Shown in pieces: positions 18,588 through 27,180 of a DNA stretch of 32,000 nucleotides. A model generated the notes under the pieces. It saw only the letters and a list, made by a program, of their open reading frames with translations. It ran no database searches and was not told where the DNA came from. The stretch covers positions 1,422,100-1,454,099 of the forward strand of contig OZ242337.1 of NCBI GenBank assembly GCA_965208435.1, given 5' to 3'. Every line of letters starts with the position of its first letter. Positions within the stretch are counted from its first letter, which is position 1. The DNA is from Candidatus Aldehydirespiratoraceae bacterium (GTDB lineage: Bacteria > Actinomycetota > Acidimicrobiia > Acidimicrobiales > Aldehydirespiratoraceae). A program made the position numbers and the translations under genes.

Positions 18588-19739
18588 CTAGATCAAGGGC
18601 TGAGGTACCATCCATAGATTTTCGGCGGACCGCCGAAAGAAACCCGCGGGATGCTGTTCTTGCGCCGCCTTCATACGTTCGGCATTCAAGTTCTTTGGGT
18701 TTGCTTCGGTCATTCGAAGCGCTTGAAGACCACCGCAGACTACTTTCGCCGAATACCAACCGAGCCTTTGCGCTCCAATAGGCAACCGGGGTGTTAGATC
18801 CACTGCAAAGGCTGGTCCAGCGGTGCGTTCCATCTCGTTCGCAAGTTCAGCGAGAGTCAGTGGTCGTCCATCTGTGTGATTCGACGCGGGCGGCACGAAC
18901 GCGTCAACCCACTCCCGGAGCGACTGATTCGCTTCCTCAGAAGTCCAGTACTTCGCGCGAGTGAGGTCATCGACAACGTGCCGTGGCGGCACCTGGCCAT
19001 GGGCCGTGAAAACACCGCGGAGCACGCAAAGGACCTGGAGGGCCTCACGAAGCGCTCGGCAACTACCCTCGAGACTTGAGTATGAGATCGCGGCACCTAC
19101 CGCACTGGCCGGCGCCGGACCAATGACACAACCCACGAAAGCGCTGTACCCCGGGATTGGGGTCGCCATACGAGCGATCACAACGTCGGTATCTTGTTCT
19201 TCAGCGCTCGTCAAAAGGCGGTCCATGCTGCTTGATCCTCGGTGTTCAGCGAGATCGACTCGTTCGAGTCTGGCTTGAAGATTCCACGCGACCATCACCG
19301 CATCCCGTTCAACGAGTTCGAGCAGGCCCGACCGTATGGCGGCTTCAAGACTTGGACCGGATGCCGCGCCAGACGGCGACGGGTCAACCGTCGCATTGGT
19401 GTTGATGTCAAGTGGATAGTCCACCTCGACCTCGGGGACATCGACGGTCTGTTCCCAGTCCGAAAGCCTGAAGCCAGAATATGACGTTTCGCGGAGCGCG
19501 CTCGGAAAGAGCGAGCGGCGCTCAACCGCCTCCCCAACGCCACGCAGAATCGTGTCGTGCCGGGTCAGACCCGCCGCACCAACCAGCGCTAGGGAGTGTG
19601 CCTCGCTATCAGTTGCCCCGTTTCGGCCGATATTAATAGCAAGAGTCCACAGCCTACAGTTCTCAACGCACGGCGGGTAGAGCGTGGCGCTGCTGGCCAC
19701 ACCTACCGACGGCTCCAGGGTTTCGAGGTATTTTATCAC
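18588..19739 (-). CDS. YcaO-domain protein (ATP-dependent backbone-amide activating enzyme)
   Basis: 383 aa. GVGEAVERRS, SGAASGPSLEAAIRSGLLELVERDAVMVAW and a Pro-rich C-terminal tail (...WMVPQPLI) fit the YcaO pattern. The GTG start overlaps the upstream gene's TGA (GTGA at 19736-19739). Confidence 0.8.
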   Translation of the reverse strand: MIKYLETLEPSVGVASSATLYPPCVENCRLWTLAINIGRNGATDSEAHSLALVGAAGLTRHDTILRGVGEAVERRSLFPSALRETSYSGFRLSDWEQTVDVPEVEVDYPLDINTNATVDPSPSGAASGPSLEAAIRSGLLELVERDAVMVAWNLQARLERVDLAEHRGSSSMDRLLTSAEEQDTDVVIARMATPIPGYSAFVGCVIGPAPASAVGAAISYSSLEGSCRALREALQVLCVLRGVFTAHGQVPPRHVVDDLTRAKYWTSEEANQSLREWVDAFVPPASNHTDGRPLTLAELANEMERTAGPAFAVDLTPRLPIGAQRLGWYSAKVVCGGLQALRMTEANPKNLNAERMKAAQEQHPAGFFRRSAENLWMVPQPLI

Positions 19740-20995
19740 GTCGCCCCGTTCTCGGAAGCTCTCGGCACTCCAACGGATGCTTCATGCAGAATGGCTTCGA
19801 CATCCTCAACCGTGAATCGGCTCAGCACAGGGCGCGGGGCACCCCAGCGATCAATGATCGTTTCCGCCAGCGTGTGGATTTCGGCTTCAGAGAAATCTAG
19901 GTCGGTGCCTGATGGGTGACGTAGCAATTGCTCAAGCTCCTCAGCACCCGAAAGACCGAGTGCTTGAGTCACCTCACAGACCCTACCTGGAAAGCCCCAC
20001 CGGTCGTCGCCGGTCACAACGCGCCGCAGCCAAGGGCCGACTAGCGCGCTGGTCGCCTTGACCTTCCTGATTCCGGCGATCGTCGCCATTTCGTTGGCGA
20101 CGAACCACAGGGGCGATCCGATCGGAGGTCGCCCCTTCAGGGCAGCAGAGGTGTGCGTCGATGCGCTCAGCCAACCAGATGTAAGACGAGCATCGGTATC
20201 ACACAGTCCGGTTTCGGGGAGGCGCAGCATCAGCGCCAGCGATCTGAGGAGACTCTCTGCGACGATGTCTGGGATCGTCAGCTTGTACGGCGTGTTAACC
20301 ACCGGGCCGAGGATCCGCACGAATGCCTCGAACAGCCCCTCCCAAACGGATGTCGCGCTGAGCGTTGATGTTGCAACGCTGTCCAGAATCGCCTCATCAA
20401 AGTGTAGAGATCGTCCCCGGAGCAACAGTCTCTGATCCTGGATCCTCAAACAGGCAACAGAACTCACCTCACTCCCGGTGCCCACCGTTGTCGGAATCGC
20501 TACGAACCAGCGATCATCTCGGTGAGTCCGTTCGACGGTCAACAGGCTGCTTCGCTGTGCTTGCTTTCTCCATCGCCCGATCTGGCTCGGACTCGTGCTC
20601 GCGATGCGCGCGAGTTTTGCTACATCAAGGGTGTTTCCACCGCCGATCGCCAGCACCGTGGTTGGCTTGAGATCAGCCAACCAACGGGCAACCCTTTCGA
20701 TTTCGGACAGATCGGCATCCGGCGCGACTTCAATAACCGGACCCCGGTAACTATCGCTGAGCCACGGGCCGAGCAATGGCATGCGGCTGACCACCTTATC
20801 AACCGCGACCGCGTCAAGGTTCACCGTTGCGAGTGCTCGAAGAATCGAGTTGTCGCCGACCGTGAGCTTTTGACTGATCTGTTGCCAAGGTTCGCCCGGT
20901 TGGCGTCGAGCGACATCAAGTTTACGTCGCAAGTACGTACTCCACCGCTTCGAACGCAAGATCCAGCATTTCATCAAGTTCCTCCGAGGACGCAA
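19736..20995 (-). CDS. Iron-containing alcohol dehydrogenase / dehydroquinate-synthase-like enzyme (candidate oxidative decarboxylase)
   Basis: 419-aa ORF with LAIGGGNTLDVAKL and IPTTVGTGSEVS. The longest ORF overlaps the aminotransferase 3' end by 74 nt, so the true start is uncertain. The in-frame ATGs I located are at 20995, 20974 and 20782. Confidence 0.7.
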   Translation of the reverse strand: MRPRRNLMKCWILRSKRWSTYLRRKLDVARRQPGEPWQQISQKLTVGDNSILRALATVNLDAVAVDKVVSRMPLLGPWLSDSYRGPVIEVAPDADLSEIERVARWLADLKPTTVLAIGGGNTLDVAKLARIASTSPSQIGRWRKQAQRSSLLTVERTHRDDRWFVAIPTTVGTGSEVSSVACLRIQDQRLLLRGRSLHFDEAILDSVATSTLSATSVWEGLFEAFVRILGPVVNTPYKLTIPDIVAESLLRSLALMLRLPETGLCDTDARLTSGWLSASTHTSAALKGRPPIGSPLWFVANEMATIAGIRKVKATSALVGPWLRRVVTGDDRWGFPGRVCEVTQALGLSGAEELEQLLRHPSGTDLDFSEAEIHTLAETIIDRWGAPRPVLSRFTVEDVEAILHEASVGVPRASENGAT

Positions 20996-22178
20996 CGAAT
21001 GCGGGAACCAATTGAATGCAGGACGGTCCGGGCTGAACGATTACCCCGCGGCGTAACGCCTCAGTGACGATCTCGCCTACTCGTTGTGGCTCAACGATCG
21101 TCCCTTTCTCATCATGGAGCACAACCGCACGGAATAGCCCGGTGCCGCGCGTGCCTGCAACAAACCGGTTTGAAGCAGAACGCTCAGCGAGCCCGTTGCA
21201 GAGCTGCTCGGCTAACGCCTGGCGTCGCGCTTCAGCGCCGTATTCGATGTGCTGTTGGATTGAGGCGATCATTGCAGCACAAGACGGGGGGGTTCCAGCC
21301 TGCGTCTCGCCATGCACGAATGCGGCGTCGGCGGCGGAGAAGCGCTCACTGACGCGTTCCGACCAAAGAACGGCTGAGGCAGCAGCGGCGCCATTGGTCA
21401 GAGCTTTGCTGAGAACCAACACGTCGGGAGTCACTGGCCAAGTTGAATGCGCGAATAGAGGACCGGTGCGGCCAAACCCTGTGGCGACCTCGTCGGCGAC
21501 AACCAGGACTCCGTACTGTCGCTTCGCTTCAAGGATTTCAAGCAACAACTCCATCGGAGGTTCAATCGCCCCCGAGCCAAGCAACGGCTCTAGCACGACG
21601 GCGGCTACCGAGTCGCCTGAATGGGCAATGAGTCGTCGAAACTCGTCGGCAGATCCCACAGCAACGTGGCGCACATGTCGCTGGTCAGCCCCGTACAAGA
21701 GCTGACCGAGATTTTCTCCTGAAAGCGCCACAGCTCCGAGCGTCGTACCGTGGTAGCTGCCCTTCATGCTGACTACCAACCGGCGTTGGTGCGCCTGCTC
21801 TAGGTTCCAGAACTGCCGCGCAACCTTGATCGTCGCATCAATAGCGGCCCCACCAGATGTCGCAAAGAGGACACGTTGGAAATTGGGCCCGGCTAGCGTC
21901 AGCAAGAGATGGGCCGCCTCCTCGGCAAATCTATGGTTGTAGCGAAAGAGTGTCAGGTATGAAGCTTCGATGAGGGAGGAGTGCACCGCGTCCGCGACCT
22001 GGCGGTTCCCATAGCCAAGGCTGACGTTCCAGAGACCGCTCGTCGCACATAGGCGTCTTTGGCCGTCCAGAAAATCAACGCGGACGCCATGTGCACTGAC
22101 GGCCATTCGCAGAGGGGGCGAAGAAACACTCGGCGGCGTGAAGAACTGAACCACCGAGCTCTCGGTATGCTCACTCAT
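20922..22178 (-). CDS. Class III PLP-dependent aminotransferase
   Basis: 418 aa. SGLWNVSLGYGN, ATSGGAAIDATIKVAR, VVADEVATGFGRTGPLFA and VLSKALTNG (PLP lysine). Its start overlaps the methyltransferase stop by 8 nt. Confidence 0.88.
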   Translation of the reverse strand: MSEHTESSVVQFFTPPSVSSPPLRMAVSAHGVRVDFLDGQRRLCATSGLWNVSLGYGNRQVADAVHSSLIEASYLTLFRYNHRFAEEAAHLLLTLAGPNFQRVLFATSGGAAIDATIKVARQFWNLEQAHQRRLVVSMKGSYHGTTLGAVALSGENLGQLLYGADQRHVRHVAVGSADEFRRLIAHSGDSVAAVVLEPLLGSGAIEPPMELLLEILEAKRQYGVLVVADEVATGFGRTGPLFAHSTWPVTPDVLVLSKALTNGAAAASAVLWSERVSERFSAADAAFVHGETQAGTPPSCAAMIASIQQHIEYGAEARRQALAEQLCNGLAERSASNRFVAGTRGTGLFRAVVLHDEKGTIVEPQRVGEIVTEALRRGVIVQPGPSCIQLVPAFVASSEELDEMLDLAFEAVEYVLAT

Positions 22179-22632
22179 CGTGTTCCTTTAGGTAAGTGGT
22201 CACATACAGCCGTCGATCCTCGATGTGGTGCTGAGCAGCGGCTATGCACGTTCGTGACGCGATTAATAGGCCTCTCAGCTCCGCTTCCCGGTCAACGGTG
22301 TCCTGAGTAAGAATTCTTGTCGATGTCGTCCAAACGCGAATCGGTCGTGCGTTTGAAGCGACCGTCACATGACGACGAAGGGCCTCCGTGTCGACATACT
22401 CGAAGAGGGTGAACTCCTCGTCGCCGAGATCGATCACGGTGGTCGACTCCTGAGACAAGGACTTGGGTAGATCGACTTCGAGCAAAGAAAGAACGAAGCG
22501 GCCTCCGGGCCGTAGCATCTTCCACACTCGGTCGAAACAGTCACTGCGGTCCTCAGCAGACAGGAGGCTGATCGAGCTCGTACCGACAACTACGACATCA
22601 GCCCCTGAGTCCAGGCAGAACTCCTGCATTAG
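22171..22632 (-). pseudogene. Class I SAM-dependent methyltransferase, C-terminal part (separated by IS insertion)
   Basis: The ORF MQEFCLDSGADVVVVGTSSISLL...LRPGGRFVL carries motifs II and III only. It is in frame with the N-terminal part once the IS and one target-duplication copy are removed. Confidence 0.85.
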
Positions 22633-24245
22633 CCTGGATCCACCGGTGGGGTTGGGTTGTTGGTGTGTTCGCGTCCGCGGAAAAGGCCTCCTGGTCTGCG
22701 ATGATTGTGATGACTAAAAGTCACTTTCGTCACAAAAACAGGAGGCACTTTTCGTGTCTGTATCATCGCGCAGGTTGGACCGGTTGGCAACAACGTTTGA
22801 TCATGAGGGCCTGGTAGCGAACGCGGGCCTGGTTCTGGCTGCGACGTTGTTCGCTCGTTTGGGTCTGTCGGGGTTGATCAAACGGTGGGTGGACACTGGT
22901 TCGCCGAACCCGGACCGCAAGGTTTTGACGGTGGTCGCAGCGATGCTGGCGGGTGGCACCCATATTGATCATGTCGACATGCTGCGCGCCGGGCGCACTG
23001 GCAGCGTGTTGGGGTTTGCCCCCGCGGCGCCGTCGACGGTGGGAACGTTTCTGCGGACCTTCACGTTCGGTCACGTCCGCCAGCTCGAAGCGGTGGCCTC
23101 GCGGGTTTTGGCGCGGGCCTGGCAACTCGGCGCAGGCCCGGGCTCTTCGCCGTTGGTGGTGGATCTGGACTCCACGGTCTGTGAGGTGCACGGCAAACTC
23201 AAGCACGGCGCCTCCTACGCCTACACCAAAGTGTTGGGCTATCACCCGCTGCTGGCTGTGCGTGCGGGCACCTCTGAGGTGCTCGGAGCGCGGATGCGCA
23301 AAGGCTCCGCTCACTCATCGCGTGGTGTGCTGCGCTTCGTCGATGAGCTCATAGCCAACCTCAAACGCGCGGGTGCTGCCGGGCCGGTCACGATACGCGC
23401 CGATTCGGGGTTCTGGTCCTGGGGGCTGATCGACCGTCTCAACACTGTTGACGTGAAATGGTCGATCACCGTGTCGCTGAACTCTGCTGTCCGCGCCGCT
23501 ATCGAGACGATCGGCGACAAAGCCTGGGTTGACATCGACTACCCCAAAGGGGGCCACGCCCAAGTCGCCGAAACCCTCTATACCACCGGCCGCGGCAAAC
23601 AACGCCGCACCGTGCGCCTCGTGGTGCGCCGCACCCGCCTCACCGACCGCGCCCAGCAACGGCTCTGGCCCAACTGGCGCTACCACGCCTTCATCACCAA
23701 CAGAAACGACCTCAGCACCGTCACAGCAGACCAATTCCACCGCAACCACGCAGTCGTCGAGCTCGCCATCCGCGACCTCAAAGAAGGCTCCGGACTCAAC
23801 CACATCCCCTCCGGGCACTACCCAGCCAACTGTGCATGGCTCGCCTGCGCCGTGCTCGCCCACAACATCGGCCACTGGACCGCCATCCTCACCAACACCA
23901 CACCAGCCACCAACCAAACCCGCCGCACCCGCCTCACCGCGCTGCCCGCCGTGCTCGTCAACCGATCCGGCACACACACCCTGCGATACCCCACCCGCTG
24001 GCGATGGCAAACCCAATTCACCAACACACTCACCAAACTACGAAACCTGCCCGGACCCTCCGGCTAACCCCCACCACCCAAAGGAACCCGGCACCCTCCA
24101 GCACACACCCAGCGCCACCAACCCAACCCAACCCCTGAACCCTGAACCCAACACGCCCCAACACACCAAACCCAGTCCCAAACACCCAACCCGACACCCG
24201 CCCACCAACCACCCCACCCACCAACACCGAATCGGTGGATTCAGG
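22633..24245 (+). mobile_element. Intact IS1380-family insertion sequence (1613 bp)
   Basis: Terminal inverted repeats CCTGGATCCACCGG (22633-22646) and CCTGAATCCACCGA (reverse complement of 24232-24245) match at 12 of 14 positions. It is flanked by the direct repeat ATTAG (22628-22632 and 24246-24250) and contains one transposase ORF plus a C/A-rich 3' tail. Confidence 0.85.
22754..24067 (+). CDS. IS1380-family DDE transposase
   Basis: 437 aa. GTG start 8 nt after GGAGG. VLGYHPLLA and the overall layout are typical of IS1380-family transposases (from recall). Confidence 0.8.
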   Translation: MSVSSRRLDRLATTFDHEGLVANAGLVLAATLFARLGLSGLIKRWVDTGSPNPDRKVLTVVAAMLAGGTHIDHVDMLRAGRTGSVLGFAPAAPSTVGTFLRTFTFGHVRQLEAVASRVLARAWQLGAGPGSSPLVVDLDSTVCEVHGKLKHGASYAYTKVLGYHPLLAVRAGTSEVLGARMRKGSAHSSRGVLRFVDELIANLKRAGAAGPVTIRADSGFWSWGLIDRLNTVDVKWSITVSLNSAVRAAIETIGDKAWVDIDYPKGGHAQVAETLYTTGRGKQRRTVRLVVRRTRLTDRAQQRLWPNWRYHAFITNRNDLSTVTADQFHRNHAVVELAIRDLKEGSGLNHIPSGHYPANCAWLACAVLAHNIGHWTAILTNTTPATNQTRRTRLTALPAVLVNRSGTHTLRYPTRWRWQTQFTNTLTKLRNLPGPSG

Positions 24246-24595
24246 ATTAGGCCCGTTTCAACGCTGAGGTTACTCCGTCGCCGAGAGAGGCGCGGATCCG
24301 CGTCAATTGTCTCTTCTAAGAAGCGGAGCATCTCTGGCGAGTTATCGACAGCGATCACTTCGGCACCTATTGCGAGAAGTGCCTTCGTGATCCTCCCCGA
24401 ACCGGCTGCAAGCTCCACGACGCGGGTCCCGCGGCCCCCGCATGCCCGGATGATCTCTGGAAGCTCGGAACGATCGTTCTCAGTCAGGTGGTGGTAGAAC
24501 GAGGCACCAGCAACGTACATATCGCCTCGTCGCTCAGCCGAGCAGCGGGCCCACGCGATGCCGCCTCGACCCGGCGGATCGGCTACGGGGGTCAT
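24246..24595 (-). pseudogene. Class I SAM-dependent methyltransferase, N-terminal part (separated by IS insertion)
   Basis: Motif I VVELAAGSGRITKALLAIGAEVIAVDNSPEML. ATGA overlap with the upstream gene. The reading frame runs into the IS end at 24245. Confidence 0.85.
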
Positions 24596-25599
24596 CTCGT
24601 TTCGTCGCAGGATAGCCGGTCTCCAAGTATCTGGGCCTGGACCATCTCACAGCTTTGGACAGCTTGAAGTGATGGGATGCCGAACACACTTGAGATCGCT
24701 TCGATCGCTTCAGTTCGGCTCGCTGTTCCGAACATGATTTCTACGATCGTGGCTGCATCTGGGGGTGCTTTGAGGACCTGGCCAGTCACCGGGTTTGCGA
24801 CCAGATGATCACTCCCATCGAAGAGCACGATCGGAGAGTCGGGACGCTCGGTTGGCAGCTTCGGCAGTACTCCTTGGGTCGTTCTGTAACCGAAGCCACT
24901 GACGAGGGGCATCTCCTTGACGTGTCTCGTCGACACCCGGCGCATGACACCTAGGACGGCTAGGTAACGGCCGAGCCATGGTCGCTCGCTGGTTCCTCGC
25001 TGCAGCTCAGTCCGCGTAGCGGCCTCTGAGACACACCGCTCGGCGGTTCCACCAAAGTAGCTCGGCTGCGTCGACCCATCTTTCCCAACAAATCGACGGG
25101 CACCTGAGGCACTGGCACAGGTGCGCGAGGAACTCAGCGCGCATTCGTCAGCAAACGCAACATAGGGGTGAAGTAGGTGCGGTCGAAAGACGCCTTCGTC
25201 GACGGCATCGTCAGCATCGGCGAGGAAATCCGCGACATCCTCAGTCGAGTGGACCGTGAAAAGGGTTGGGCCGGTGGTCGGAATGTAGGCCCCTGTCGCG
25301 TACGCAAACGAGGTCACCGAGAGGCCGCTGGAGAGCGCAAGTTCGTCGCCGTCGAAGTTGAGCGACCCCGTGTATGTGGCGATGTCGCCTCGAGAATTGA
25401 CGCGGCCCACTAGCTCTTCGGGGACAAATATCAGGCTGGTGGCCGGCAGATCCAGCGATTCAAGTACCGCAGCCGGTGCTCCCGGAAGTATGAGTACCTC
25501 CTTGGGGAACGTGGACACCGAACCCGGTCCATTGTCATACGTGCCGGTCAGCACTCGCTGAAGCCGCATCGCAGCATCTTCTCTACCACTACCCAGCAT
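24592..25599 (-). CDS. Unannotatable protein with a C-terminal PqqD/RRE-like peptide-binding domain
   Basis: 335 aa. I do not recognise the first ~255 residues. The last ~80 (DHLVANPVTGQVLKAPPDAATIVEIMFGTASRTEAIEAISSVFGIPSLQAVQSCEMVQAQILGDRL) follow the PqqD-like RiPP-recognition-element pattern. AAGGAG lies upstream of the ATG. Confidence 0.65.
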   Translation of the reverse strand: MLGSGREDAAMRLQRVLTGTYDNGPGSVSTFPKEVLILPGAPAAVLESLDLPATSLIFVPEELVGRVNSRGDIATYTGSLNFDGDELALSSGLSVTSFAYATGAYIPTTGPTLFTVHSTEDVADFLADADDAVDEGVFRPHLLHPYVAFADECALSSSRTCASASGARRFVGKDGSTQPSYFGGTAERCVSEAATRTELQRGTSERPWLGRYLAVLGVMRRVSTRHVKEMPLVSGFGYRTTQGVLPKLPTERPDSPIVLFDGSDHLVANPVTGQVLKAPPDAATIVEIMFGTASRTEAIEAISSVFGIPSLQAVQSCEMVQAQILGDRLSCDETR

Positions 25600-25611
25600 G
25601 TCTGTTGCTCC

Positions 25612-27180
25612 TTAACTTGTTAGAGATTCGATTGCCGGCTGAACCACACGTTGCCTTGCCCAGCTGCTTGGTGACAGGCCAGGCTGATGCGCGACTGAGC
25701 GGAGCGCCGCCTCTCGTGGTGCCAGCTCCGATATGAGCTCGATCGGAACACACTGTGCCTTAGAGGTCAGCGCCAACCCGGTTATCGGGACGATGGCCTC
25801 GAGTGGGGTTTCGCAGGACACGGCCGGACCAGTGACGCGCGCTCGGCCTAGTTCAGCTCCAAGCACCAGCCCGCCGCTGTGGATGACAATTTCCATCCCG
25901 ACGTCGATCCCGTCCTTGCTCACTGTTCCCGTCGGGAAGACGACAAACCAATTTCCATCGGTTTGCGTGACGCCACCGACGTAGCGGTTGTCTATCGTGG
26001 TAAACGACAGCGCGGCCGACACGCCCAGCACAGCCACGAGCAACCAGCAGGCCGCTCGGAGCGGTCTTGCTCCTTCTCGCAACACTCTGACGGTCCGGCG
26101 GACCGCGATCCGAAGTGCATAGAAAGAGAGACCAGCGATTAGCGCGAATAGCGCCGCCGCGCCAGGCTTTTCCAGTGCCATCAGCAGGGATCGAATGGCA
26201 ATGATCGCATACATGATGAGCACGATGGGTACAACGAGAGACACGAATCCAAACATGGGTGTCCAGCTGCGGGTCGGCTCCCTGCGGGGACCGCCCAGCA
26301 GTCGAAACGACACCCAGGCCCAGAAGTCGTCAATTGATTTCCTGCGGAGATGTGAGATATCAAGCCATGTGGCGAGAGCCAAATATCCATCCAGCTTGAC
26401 GAAAGGTACAAGGTTGAATAGTGCGAACGCGTAGCATGCGAGACCAAATACCACGAGACCTGTCACGAGTTCGCCGCTGACCGCGTAAGCCAACAAGACG
26501 GCAACGCCTCCCATGGCAGCATGGGCACCAACTCCTGCGAGAGCCACCGCGACTCGTTGGCGCGGCTCAAGCCGCCATGCGCCGGTCACATCACAGAAGA
26601 ACGCGGGCGAGAGGTAGAAGAGCATCACGCCCATCCGCCGAGGTGACTCGCCATAGGCCATCAGGGCGCCGGCATGTGCCATTTCGTGAACGAACGTCGA
26701 AAAAAGGAGCGATATCAATATCGCGGCATACACCTCGATCGAAATGGACGACCCCAGGGAATCGTCAACCAGCTGTCGATTCGTACCGAGGAGAATCAGT
26801 CCCGCGCCGGCAATCGAAAGAAAGAGAAGCCTGATTCTGGGCCTGAGAACGGCGCGAGCGACGCTAGCTAACCAACGCAGCCGAACGGATGGATCAAGGA
26901 GACTGATCTGCAGCGAGAACGGTGGCCGGAACTGAACGCGCTTTGGGCGGATCTCAGCGCATTCGGACAAGAGTTCAAGCCTCTCGAGTTGCCCTCTAGT
27001 CGCCCCCACGAGGGCTGGAAACCATGGCGGCCCGAGGAGTTGCGACACCTCGCTATCTGATATCGTTGGAGCTTGGATCAAGATGTCACGCACCCGTGAA
27101 GCGTCATGCCCGATCCGAACAAACTGGCCGTTGGCTGTCTCGACCAACACGGCTGGGGTTGCCTGATCAGGAGCGGTCAT
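25612..27180 (-). CDS. M50-family (site-2-protease-like) membrane metalloprotease with a C-terminal extracytoplasmic domain
   Basis: HEMAH and NLVPFVKLDGY motifs within multiple TM segments. I set the start at the internal ATG at 27180, which forms an ATGA overlap with the permease stop. The 610-aa track ORF would overlap the permease gene by 268 nt. Confidence 0.8.
   Translation of the reverse strand: MTAPDQATPAVLVETANGQFVRIGHDASRVRDILIQAPTISDSEVSQLLGPPWFPALVGATRGQLERLELLSECAEIRPKRVQFRPPFSLQISLLDPSVRLRWLASVARAVLRPRIRLLFLSIAGAGLILLGTNRQLVDDSLGSSISIEVYAAILISLLFSTFVHEMAHAGALMAYGESPRRMGVMLFYLSPAFFCDVTGAWRLEPRQRVAVALAGVGAHAAMGGVAVLLAYAVSGELVTGLVVFGLACYAFALFNLVPFVKLDGYLALATWLDISHLRRKSIDDFWAWVSFRLLGGPRREPTRSWTPMFGFVSLVVPIVLIMYAIIAIRSLLMALEKPGAAALFALIAGLSFYALRIAVRRTVRVLREGARPLRAACWLLVAVLGVSAALSFTTIDNRYVGGVTQTDGNWFVVFPTGTVSKDGIDVGMEIVIHSGGLVLGAELGRARVTGPAVSCETPLEAIVPITGLALTSKAQCVPIELISELAPREAALRSVAHQPGLSPSSWARQRVVQPAIESLTS

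Noticed and set aside
23529-24497. 322-aa Pro/Thr-rich plus-strand ORF
   Set aside because: It is generated by the C/A-rich tail of the IS. It runs across the IS right end and target duplication into the antisense strand of the methyltransferase fragment, so it cannot be a unit of either.
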